In this document: piece after piece, positions 1-12,816 of the stretch
How the letters are laid out: every line of letters begins with the position of its first letter
Numbering within the stretch: position 1 is the first letter of the stretch
Assembly: GCF_964355755.1 (NCBI RefSeq)
Contig: NC_092677.1
Location: 12,980,101-13,044,100, forward strand
From: Antedon mediterranea
Lineage: Eukaryota; Animalia; Echinodermata
DNA length: 64,000 nucleotides
Reading direction: 5' to 3'
Notes under the pieces: model-generated
Told to the model about the DNA's origin: nothing
The model's input: only the letters and a program-made list of their open reading frames with translations
Databases searched by the model: none
Position numbers and translations under genes: made by a program

Positions 1-371
1 TGGAGAGACTCCCACCCCTAGGCTTAGTATCATGTTGATGTGACATGTAGTGCTTTGGAAAAAGAGTTGACAATCATTGTGATAAACAATATGACTCTGG
101 AATTGGGAAATGCAATCATTTGAAGTCCAAAGTTAATTAGCAGTACTAATTAAAACTTTACTAACTACATCATTAGTAACACTCTGTTAATTAGGATGAA
201 CACTATTTTAAGTTGTTGGTACCGTTTAATATTTTGGCCTGTTAGTAGCTGACTAAATAACATTAAAAACTATATATACTGTATTATTTGAAATTATAAG
301 CAAAAATTATAAATATTTTCTGAAAAAGTTAACCTGCATTTGAGAGTAATACATTTCTCCTTATTTTACAG

Positions 372-3300
372 GAAAGAGTAAAATCACGAACAAGGAATTT
401 CTTCCGTCACTTTTCCCGTCAGTTTACTGTCCGCCATTCCAATGCAACATACGTTGAGCAGCAGCAGCAGCAGCAGCCGCCTTCATTGCAAAAGACACCT
501 AGGAGACGACCACAGTCGCTCTTTTTTGTGGCTTCACCGAGCATCGAGGAAGAATGGGAGAAAGGCGATGAATTGTTGGATTTGCTCATCACCGAAGGAA
601 AGTTGACAAAGGAAGATAAGAGAGAACTGCAGCAGAAGTTCTCGGATAATTATAAAACAGGAGATGCACAGCGTATGATTTTAGGAAACCTAGTAAAGGT
701 GAGAAAAGTCTAGATTGAGAGAGTTTCTTGGCTGAGATAAAACCCTGCTCATATAAATGATTTGTGCATTAAATTCATATTCTCTTCCCTTTCCCCGATC
801 CCCTTCTTTCATTTCTCTGATCCCCTCCCCCCCCCCCTCCTTCATCCTCCTTCTCCCCTTTCTTGGTCCCCTTATTCCCTTCCCCAATCTCGTTCCCTTA
901 ACCCGATCCCCTTCTCCCTTCTTCCCTTTCCCCTTTTCCAGATCCCCCTTCTTCCCTTTCACCAATCATCCTTCTTTCCTTTCCCCGATCTTCCCTATCT
1001 GTTTCCTTATTTGTTTTTAGTTCATTTCCAGCAAAAAGCATGTGCTCCAAGCTATTTCCCATTCTTTTCCTTCTCTAGTCCATTCCTCTTCTCCCCTTTC
1101 CTCATTTGTCTTTAGTTCATTCGCATACACTAATAGTAGAAACTATAATAAAGGACAGGTTAAAAGCATGTTCTCCAAGCACTATCTCCCTCCCCCTTCT
1201 CCCCATCTTTTTTTCCTCATTTATCTTTTGTCCATCCACTTAGACAAATAGCAGAAACTGTCAATGATAGGTTAATATACTTTAAAAAGTGAAAGAATTT
1301 CATAGGATTAACACCAAAAGCCTATAAGATAGTCCAATTCTAGTCTAATTTAATTATTTTTTTACATAGAGTTAAGGACTCATACCGATTGTAATTAAAA
1401 GTCTGATGAGATTGAAAAAAAAGAATCATGATTTTACTGATTTTTATTGACGCCATGTGCTTTGATAATTTTTGATTATTATATTTTTGCTGTCATCATA
1501 GTCGTGAAATTTTATATGATAAAAATGAATAAATCGAAAGATTTTGAAAATATCTTGGGCCAGGTGCCAATACTGAAAATTTGCTTTTCGCATCAAATTT
1601 AGATTGTGTGGAAAGTGAATTGTTTTACAATAAATTTAATGGCATTTAATGGCATTTAAAGGTAGTATTTAGAGTCAACTCTCTACAAATTTGGGAAAAT
1701 CAAAAAAAAAAAGACAAATTTATGTAAAACAAGGCATTGTTCAACAGATAAAAGTATTTTTGTGCCTAGCTTTAATACCTGGATAGCCCATGCTCTCCAA
1801 AGAGGGAGTCATGGTATAAACAGATATATTCACTAACTGGAAATTCTGGGCCATCTTCATGGTGTCTGGACAGTGGAACCAGAATTATGATCTAAATATT
1901 TTATTAGATAATTAGATATTTAAATATTAGTACTGTATATGAGTGCCTGAGTACCCACTGATATGTATTTACGGAAGGTCTGGGACTGGGCTAAAGCTCT
2001 TGTTCAGCCAATGCATCAGCTCTGCTTTCCTGAAGCCTGTCTGACTTTTTAGTCTCTATTATTTCCTGTAGTACTTGGTCCTTTTTCATTTTCAACTAAT
2101 TTATTAATAAAATAATAGGTAAAAAAACTAAATTCAATACAAATTGCTATATTTTAGTTCACTATTCATTATTAATCCTCAAATAATGTGTTATTGCCCA
2201 AGTCCAGCTGACTCAAAATTGGATCATATCTTGGGTTGACAATTTAAAACAAATTAAGCATTGAAATGTTTTGAAATTGTATGTATGAGTAAATTTTCTA
2301 TAGTACCCTCTATTAAAAACACCAACAAATCTGACTGATTGATCCCGTTTTTTAATTGACACTGCATAACAATATATTTTGGATCTAAGGGGGACTAGAC
2401 GTTAGACTAGCTGCCACTTTATAGTTCAAAATAGATTTAATGCATTCAAATTTTATAAAGAAAGTATCACTTGATGAAAGTGAAAGGACAGAAGATATAA
2501 TCACACTTTAATTTCATGCATAAATTAAATCTAGAGTTAGAGACTTAAATGATTTTTGTTCTTTTGGGATTAACAAAGAAATTGTTTCTTTCTGTTCCCT
2601 CGTAAAGACATAATATTTTTCAATGTAAATCACTCAATGGAACAAAGTATCGTTATAAAAACATTGGGAAATGATGGATTTTTAGAAAGATTTATATTTT
2701 GATAGCAGTTTAAGCACCCCCTGTACTGTAGGCTACGGATATCCTGAAAAGTAAAATGTTTGCAAAGAGCTTAAATCTAAAATCTAATCACTACATTTAG
2801 TATTTTCATAGCCACTGGGATTGCGCTTAAATAACTTTTACTCAAAATATCTACAGATTACTACTCATTTTTATTAAAATTCTTGTAGTTTTCTTTAAAA
2901 ATAGTTATTTAAAAACTAACAAAATAATTTATAAGTGGAAGTGACAGAAACTGGAGAATTTCTTTCATTTATCTGTTATATTTTGGGATCAGTTTGTTGA
3001 CCTTTGACAAATTTCAATTGCGAACGGAACAAAGAAATAGCAAATAGTTTTAGTTTGTAACTATTAATATTGTGGAAAGCATCAAAAGAAATTAGATTCT
3101 CACAGGATCATATGAGACGTAAACTATTTAAATTCAGAATGTGCTTATTTTACTGAATGGATTATTTAAATACTTAATTTGCATATTTCACTGATGGATT
3201 ATTTAAATGCTCAATTTGCATATTTTACTAATGGACCATTTAAAGTTAAGTATATCTGAGACTTTTCCATTTTTTCACGATTGACATTTTGTTGCAAAAT

Positions 3301-6300
3301 TTATTGGTGCACAAAAATATGTTGTCACACTAAATGTTTAGAATGGTTTTGTGTTTTTTTCGTATCAATGTCAAAGGTTATACTATTTTATGTGCTGTTC
3401 ATTCCATATTTTTTGCCTAGACTATGTAATTTGTATTATTAATTTATTGTATGAATATTTTCTTCTAAAAAGTAACATTAGGAAAAACAGGGATTTTTAA
3501 AGAAAAACTGTAAATATATGATTGAAGTTTAAATAGATATTAATATTAATGCATTCAAACTTCAAAACGGTCATTTTAGTAATTAATTTGATTAAATTTC
3601 CTGAAACGATTGACTTAATATTTTGTGGTAACTAGAATGTTTCTTAATTTCACTTTGTTTATTAAGAAAATCACATTATTATGAATCACTTTAGATAATA
3701 TTGAATATAATATTTGAGTACATAGTTTCTACAGGCATTATTGCAGCTGTAACGTAGGTTTATTTAAGAAGTTATTTTGGTTAATTTTTAAATCATCGCA
3801 AGTTTCTAATTATTTTTAATAAACATTGGTTGTAAATTTCAAATTGATTAACGGATGTGACCTTCTGAATGGCATAAAAAATGTATGAGTTGTTATCTTA
3901 TAATTACTTTGTCAATCTGATTTCTATTATTGTAGGAAATCGGTTGCATATTGAGAAAGTACGAGAGATGATAGTTGTAAAAGTTAAATATGGCTGACAT
4001 TCTATGCATGAATGCTTTGGGAAGAGTCTTTCCATTTATGCCCTGAGTTCAGTAAAGACTTCATCTTTGTTGAGAGTTCCCATCTGCAAAAGCTAAATTT
4101 TTTTTCTCCATTTTTTTTTCAAATTCAGAGTGGACGTATTACGATTGATGATGCGATGCATTATTCACGAATACTAGGCATCATAGCAACAGCTGAGAAG
4201 GAAGCTCATGATATTGCCGAAGCAAACAGCGCGTTCGCAACGAAGAAAGTCTACAATTTTGGAATCTATAAATACTACCGCCACAGGCCGTGTCAACGAA
4301 GAATCCTACAGGTTGGTAAAAAATTTATTATTCATGTATTTCACTAACACTACTCCCTGATAGACAAGTTTCCTCTGAAACTAATGATGTATGAAACTGA
4401 ATCCATACATTTGGATTTCAGCCTATCTGATTACCTTAATAGAAGGGTTGGCTCGTTATTTCCTATTTTGATTATTACTGATTAAATTACTAGAAAATAT
4501 CTGTTAAATGTAAAGAAAGTTATCATTATTGATACTAAAGATAAGAGAACATGTCTAAATATATTTATTATAAAATTTATATACTGTACTCTTTTGATAT
4601 GCTTATATAATAATACTAATTATATTTTAAATGAAGTATGCATCTATTCATTTCATCTTGATATACTTCAAGTTCATCATCATAAGCATCACCTTACTGT
4701 ATATGGTGTTGATATCAACATTTTCTGGTCTAGTGCTTACTGTGCTTACCCTGTAAACCAGAGGTTGCAGAGTTATCCAACTTTTTATTGGAGATCAATG
4801 TTTATGAGTGATTTAAGAAATTACAATAATATAAGCCTAATAAAGAGTTATAATAATTATGCACTTTTGACCAATATGAAGAATTGCTTTTGTTGTGAAC
4901 TTCTTGTTTTCGATTATATTCTTGTACCTAACTCTTGTGTATCAGTCCTCCCATGCAAGAAATTAGGCACATAAGTTTTAGTATTACTAATAAAATTACG
5001 ATAATAATAGTATATATAATATTTCTAAAAAAGGAAAATAAAATCTGTGATTGTCCTATACGTCTAATTACTGTACTGACCTTAAGTTTCCATACTTCCT
5101 AGATAGAGAAAAGCCTGTACATGGAGATGAGTTTCTTGTATCCTTCATATACAAGCTCTGCTTGACACTAGTATCATTCTTCCTTGAAGTTATTATAATT
5201 ATTAGTGATTAATTATGAGAAATATGAAGGTTATGATATTAATAATTGCTAATTTATAGACATTTAGAAAAAGACTTAAGTTTTAAGTTCACTGATAAAG
5301 GAGCATCTGATATTGAAGAATAATATTTTCTGGCGTTTTGTTTGTACATGTGCCTTAACGTATCAACAAGTTAAAGTCTTATCTAAAGGTGCTGATGACG
5401 ATGATGTCATATCAAACTCTTTCACCACCATTTTATACTGCAAAAGAAAATTATATTTACAGCAAAAATGCTGATAACGAAAAATGTCAAACTTGCATTT
5501 TCTTCTTTAACAAAGTTAATATCTTCTATCAAATTGAGTTATTGACCATTTTCTTTAGATCAGGGGAATTCCTTCATTCTATTCACATAGGAATTAATCT
5601 GGCCATCAGACTTCCATCCTTAAACTAACCCCTAGTATCTAATTTGTTGAACAAACTGGTTTATTCAAAACAGATTGCAAAATCCAACCAAACTGTAAGT
5701 TTCCATGTCCCTATAGATGAATTGGTGTCAGCACTGTTTTACATAGTCTTTATCGTAGACAGGTGAATTGATTCGATCAAGATACAAAGACTAAAGAATC
5801 GATTAGCACTCGACTATGTTTTCCTGTTATTGTAAGGATCTAATGAAAAACAAATCTTTGTAAGCCTTGGAATGGAATTTGTTGATGGTTTAATGCCTCT
5901 TGGAGACTAAAGTAATTCATTTATGATATTTTATTATGTGTCTTTCGTCTTTCTTACCAAACACATTTCTATGGAAACATTTTAATGAAAAACAAATCTT
6001 TGAGGAGTGAGAATTGATAGGTTTTGTTGGCTACCACTTGACCTTTCAGTAATTCAGTTATAGTGTGGGGTATTCCATAAACACCTGTGTTTGACCAGGA
6101 ATAGTGGAAAAATCTGTAAAACATACCTTGCTGAAAAAACTACCATCTAATAAAGAAATCAAGTGCTTATTTCATTTTTATGTTTGTGGTCAACTTGTTA
6201 ACATGCTCACAATGTAGTTGGAGGTCATTGGTTCAAATCCAGAGAGAACATTATTGGAAAGAGATTGTAAAATGGCACAAAATGAGAATATATATTGGTC

Positions 6301-9300
6301 CAAAAGTTGTACAATGCTAATGATATTTTACATTTATAATATTATTTTTCTATTCTATTTCGCTTTCTAGATTGACTTCCAAGCTTGTTTTATTTGTAAC
6401 ATTCAGAAGGGAAATTTAAATCGCAAGTTCAACTTTTCAGAAGTCGTTGACTATGAGAGTGAGGTAAGTTCTCAACATTAATACATACTACTGATTCATT
6501 GTATTGATTGATTCAGATTGTATTGTATTTATATGACCAACATTTCTTTGTAGTTTTTTTCTGAATTTAATTTAACTTTACTAAAAAATAATCCAGGTCC
6601 AGTTATTATTAAATATTATGTATATTCTGCAAATATTAGCACTGTGAACAAAACATTTTTTTTCCTAATAGTTTCTATTCAAGAAATGTTTTTCACATTC
6701 AAAGACCTTTTTTTTATATTTTACATTTGAAAGTTGGTCAAACACAGTTTTAAAACAATAGTGAAGTGTTAACATAATCTACATTGTATCCGATGATACT
6801 ATTTATTGATCTATTAAGTCTTATCAGTCTATCAAACTACCCATTTATTGCCAAGTTATTGTTAAGGTTGTTACAAAAAGTTTGATGGTTTCCGCACCTA
6901 AATTGATTAATTTGAGCCATAAATTATATTATTTTACAATTCGGTCAACTACTCAATTTGTTGAGCAGATATGATTTAGTTGTCTTTTCACTATCCAGAA
7001 ATGTCTTATTTAAAATCGAATAAATGTTGTATTTGTAAATAATAAACAAAGTTAATAATGTCAGAAAGGTCTCAGGAAAAAGTTGGGACATCAGGTTATG
7101 AAATAAATTAAAAAAAATATTATAAATTAACATTGATGTAAGCAATTAATTATGGAAGTAAAATAAATTAAATTTTGTGATAATTAATCTATTAGTACAA
7201 TACCGCCGCCGCTCATAATATAAAATGTGACAACTGTATATTACATGGTAGTTTTTATTATTGTTTTGAATATCAAATTTAATCAAAATGACCCCTCACG
7301 TACGTATACAACCACGATTGGGTTAATAAGACCTTGGAATAGATCCGTTAATTATATCATGTAAACTTCACCTGTTTAGAGTATCTGAACATAAGTCAGG
7401 CTTTTTATATAAACTATTCACTGTTTTCAGTTCTTCAATTGCATAGTGGGTGAAAGAGTCAGATCAATAAAGTCCTACAGGCAAAGTTTCACAACATTTT
7501 TGTGTCTAGTTATTCTTTTTTTCGTAACTAAATAATGTTATGATAAGATATCTATTTTACAAGACCAAGCATCTGTACGTTTGCTTGTAACATAATTTGT
7601 TGCTGTTGCACGTACACTATCCAAAAACATGCAAAATGACCAGAATTGTACTAGGAAGGTTTTAAACTAAACTGTGTCTTGGTTGGGTATCCGACCTACG
7701 GGGTGAGATGAAACCTACTGTATGGGGCTTGTATCTTTACTAGTTTATAAAGTCAAAATATAGATTTTATCTACAGTTTAGTAAATTTACAAAACCGTGC
7801 CATATCAAACAATCTGTGAAACGCAATAGTAGTAGTTTCCAAATTTCCTTTTCAGGTCATATTTTTATTGTACTAGGTGTATTATCGCCACTTTTCTTGT
7901 TGAAAAGTTCTGTACTAACATGCAAGAATAAACTCAATTAATTCTGTAACAGGGTAATTTATTATTTGACAGTTTAAAAACTGAAACCAATAATGATTTT
8001 GCACATTGTTTTGTGAGTTTGTCGGACTGAAACTTAAACTTTACTCCGGTATTAACATGTTGTTGTAATTGTCATTGTAATTGATTGGGAAAAAAAAAAT
8101 TAATTGACATTTGGCTTACACTCTACAAGTGACTAATACTATAAGGTCATTTAACAGAAAAAAATAGGAATATTATTAGATGGGTAATACTTGCATTACA
8201 TACAATTTATGGTTTGGTGTGGAACAAATTCAGAAAAATATAATTATATATTATGCATTTTACAAATAATCATATCTTTCTATAATAATAAACCATAGTT
8301 ATTTGAAATTATATACATTTATAATTACAAGGCTTATTTTTTTGGTAGCCCACTGGTCAAGTAAACCTATAATAACATTGTACGTCATTTGCTTGTTCAA
8401 TTTATATTTTGCTAGCCTGAACATTGCAAAATACACGTTACTTTCTACAATAGTTGCAGTGTTGTTTTGTTAGTTGTTGATAGTTGATTCTTGATTAATT
8501 TACTTGCCTCAGTAAATTTATTAAAGGTTTGCATGGCAAATAAACACTTAAACTAGCAAAGTTAGGTGAATAAAAAGAGTATATCAAGAGTATATATATA
8601 ATAACAAGAGTTGTCAATGTCTGTATTAACCCTGCTCTTAACCTGATGATTTTTTTTACCAAAAATGAAAGAAAACAAAATCAAGTTTAGCCTGAAAGTC
8701 ATGTTTGTAGATAGTGATGACCTGGCCTTACTTCCTTTTATGACCAAAAGAGATAAAAAGATTATTAAGAAATAAGTTGATAATAATCTTGATTTATACT
8801 AAAGATGTATGTAGTCATGTATTGCAACTCCCTAACAAACATGAACTATACTGTTTTCTTAAAAGGTCAACTTACTCAAAACCGGCCCAAAATAACTGAT
8901 TTTCCAGAAACCATTGGTTTGAGAATGTATTTTACGTAGTTGGTAAAAGAATTTGGGACAAATTACTGAACCAAAACGTCGATAAAGTAAAACAGCCAGA
9001 AAGAAAGTGCCAATCTTTTAGAAAACGCTATACAGTACTTACAAATCAGAGTGTTCTAGACTTACATTTCAGTTTGTTCATATTGTAGGTGAAACTTGAA
9101 ATGTCAACATCTTCTATCTTAATTACTGATCACTAACAGAACTTTATATTTTAAATTGGGTTAATGCTGTAAATCTCGCTCGACTAAAGACAGCTTTCAG
9201 TTTCTACAGCAAGAGGGAATTACTTTACTAGTCTGTTAACAGAATGTATCCTGTGAAATCTGTTTGTTTTCGAATGAAATAAACTTTCGGATAATAGAAT

Positions 9301-12300
9301 CAGAATACATTTTGAGTGTGTGCTTTGTTTTTATTGACATTTCCTTTTTGCAGCTGTCCAAAATGTAGTTCTGCATGTTAATAACAATGTTTGTTGTAGA
9401 CGATAAATATTGAATCATACATTACATTGTTATTGTCAAAAGTTCATTGCATTCAAAATTATGTTGATCTTTGTATATAAATGATAGATATAAAACCAAA
9501 GGAAAATTTCTGAAAAAAATATATGACAATGATGTGGGTCTCAGAGTAGGTCTTAGTGGAGATACAAATAAAAAAATTAAAAAATTGAAATGATACAGTA
9601 AAACCACTAGAAATTAAGACCAACGGAGCTGCCTAAAAAGTATTATATATAAAAACTCTGTAAACATGTAGTATTGTAATTTTTGATCCAAGATACAATA
9701 ATTAAATACATTTAATTTCTCTTTTTGATTTTTCTGTAATTTTTCAAGATTGAATTATACAATAATCCTTGTTGAAAAATATTATTCTAAATGAATGAGT
9801 ACACTTTTACCCATTTACACTTACGTTTGGGTCCTAGGCCGCTCAAGGATCGGGTTCAAATTTAATTGTTTTTTTTTGGGCCTGTTTACACATTCGAAAC
9901 GATGACCCAAAGATTCACTTTACTTCATTTTCTCAAGCCATTGGTCTACTGTTATAGAGTATTTACTTACGGATTGAAGACCTAGTGCCAACCCTGTACT
10001 AGCCTTAATAAAAATTTCGTCTTTGTAAATAAACTAATAATTATGTTATTGGTGGTTGTTACAGGAGGGATTACGCTTCTTCATCAACTTCACAGATCAT
10101 CATGAATATGAAATGGAGGCAGACAGTCCAGAAGATAAGGAGAAGGTGAGACAGGGCGTGCAAGGATAGATAAAAAGATAACATCAATCTATCGATACTA
10201 ATTCGCCATCACATAATATAGAATTATCTGCGTTAACTGAGCTTAAATTAAATGGCTCACATCCAATTATTTTATAAGAAGAGATTAACACTCATGAAGA
10301 ATGACTTTCCCCTATCGCCAATGCCAAGATTTAAAGGGCGAAACATTCTAAATTTAATAATGTTAAGTAGAGTGACACATCGCATACATTGTGATAATTC
10401 TTAACGGTAACATAAAAGTAGAATTTTTGTATACTATGTAGCTAAAGTAAAGAAAACTTGTGTACTTAAAATTTAAAGGAGGGTGGGGATTCCAAAAGAA
10501 GATTCATAGGGAAGGGCTAGCTGGGTGGAAAGTATATTACATTTTAGACTTAAAATGAGCTTTAGGCTGGTCATAACAATATCTGTATATGTATATGATC
10601 CACATATAACTCCAAATTCATACAAAAGACTTTGGTAAGCCATTGTTAGTGTATTTCCTAGTATAATCCACCTCATAATTTTCACCCAAGCTCCTTGGTT
10701 CTATAATCTAAATATGTTATTATATTCGACATATTCCAAGACAATAAATAAACCCATAATTTATTAATTTGAATTTGTAGATATGTCGACTACTGCAGAT
10801 GATAGTTGAGCAGAATAGGTCCCATGAAAAAGGAAGAGCACTTACCATCCAAGACAGAGCAACAACACTTCCGAGGGTGCAAGCAGTATTAAAAGAGGGT
10901 CTACTAGAAAAAAAGAACCATAATCTCTACACAACATGGACAAAGTAAGTCAACTAAATAAAATATCAAATGATGTATTGATTTTTGGTTTTATTGATTT
11001 CCACACATAATAAGATAATTAGATTACAATAAACATATATAACAGAGATATGTCACGGCTGGGAGCCAAATAACAATGTTTGTTTTTGTTGGTATAGAAA
11101 CTTTATTTAAAGATGTCACCTAAAGTTTCTTGGCAGATGTCTGAGCTTAAAATCAACTCTGTTTCTTGTTGTTCCGATATATAAAAAACTTGTTGGCAAC
11201 ATTGATTTGTTGGTATAGAAGCTTTATTTAAAGATGTCACCTAAAGTTTCTTGGCAGATGTCTGAGATTAAAATCAACTCTGTTTCTTGTTGTTCCGATA
11301 TATAAAAAACTTGTTGGCAACATTGATTTGTTGGTATAGAAGCTTTATTTAAAGATGTCACCTAAAGTTTCTTGGCAGATGTCTTGTTGTTCCGATATAT
11401 AAAAAACTTGGTACAAATAATGTTGGCAACATTGATTTGTTGGTATAGAAACTTTATTTAAAGATGTCACCTAAAGTTTCTTGGCAGATGTCTGAGCTTA
11501 AAATCACCTCTGTTTCTTGTTGTTCTGATATATAAAAAACTTGGTACATTAATGTTGGCAACATGTGTGGGAACCATGTTATGAGATTTAAAAAGGATAT
11601 AGAACTGAATCTCCCTTGAGATGTTTCAAATTGGTAGATGATCTTCAATTGTGTGTATGATTCTGATAGTGGTATTTTGTGCAAACCCCTGACTCTCAAA
11701 AAGTTGCATGGAAGTCTGTTGTATGACTACAAATTTTACAATCACTTTAGATTTAATATGTAAGCACAAAGAAAATTTCATGGGAATTTGATCAAATACA
11801 GGAAATTTCCTGCCAACTTCCATTACCAGTGAGCCAGGATTTTAAAGTCATTGACCATCGTTGTCTGCTTTTCATAAAATCAAAGTGGAAATTTGTGATG
11901 ATTTGTAACAATGATGGCTGTACCAGAGGTTATTTTATAGATCTCAATGCTTCTGTCATTTTGAAGTAGCATTTATTGATTTTAATCTAATTCTAAAACA
12001 AAGTAAAATTTCTGTACAGAGACAGAAAACTTTAGAACTACAGTATCTGATGAGTTGGTATTATTTACTTTGAAGAAGCAACCTATGGTGTAACTCTTAA
12101 TTCATTACTTTAAAAAAAATGATGATATATGATCTGCATCCAGTAAACCATAAACTTTCTTTTCAAATCTCAACATTAAATATTACATGCTTTAATAATA
12201 TAGTAGTTAATAATATCAGCATGATGTCGTAGAAAAATTAGCTTTGCTAGAGGAAACCAATAATTTTGTTGTCGTCTCTCAGACTGGATGTTTATTCAGT

Positions 12301-12768
12301 TGAGAACAAAACATTAGCATTCATTATCATAGAATGGACAAATTGAATGATCTATATAAAAAAAGAATTATTATTATTGATGACAAATGTCTGTTGTGTG
12401 ATTAGATATAATGTTGTTGAGCAGGTGTAAGAGAATGAAGTGTAATTGCGCATTTTATTGTTGTACAGCAGTGAGCGTTGATTTGTAATTCTCTCTAAAG
12501 ATTTCTGTTAGTGTGTCATAAGGTACTTTGTGAACGTGCTCTATAGTATGGTATCTTCACTGTCCACAAAGAGGTGGAAACTCTATGTCGACATACACAA
12601 ACCTTGAGCATAAAATTATTTAGAGATAGATAGAGGAAGAGGACAATGTGTGAAAGGAGATCAAAGTAATTTATAATGATCACCCGAAGGCAGTTGTCGA
12701 CAAGTCAAGAAAACTAAACTATAAAATGTTGAAAAAAAAAATAAAAAAAAATAATAACATTGAATAAA

Positions 12769-12816
<48 letters not shown>

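Noticed and set aside
690-1251. Gly/Lys-rich and Pro/Phe-rich ORFs
   Set aside because: By-products of the CT-rich tract.
6195-6245. Isolated Pol III B-box (GGTTCAAATCC)
   Set aside because: No cloverleaf or clear A box; at most a decayed SINE head.
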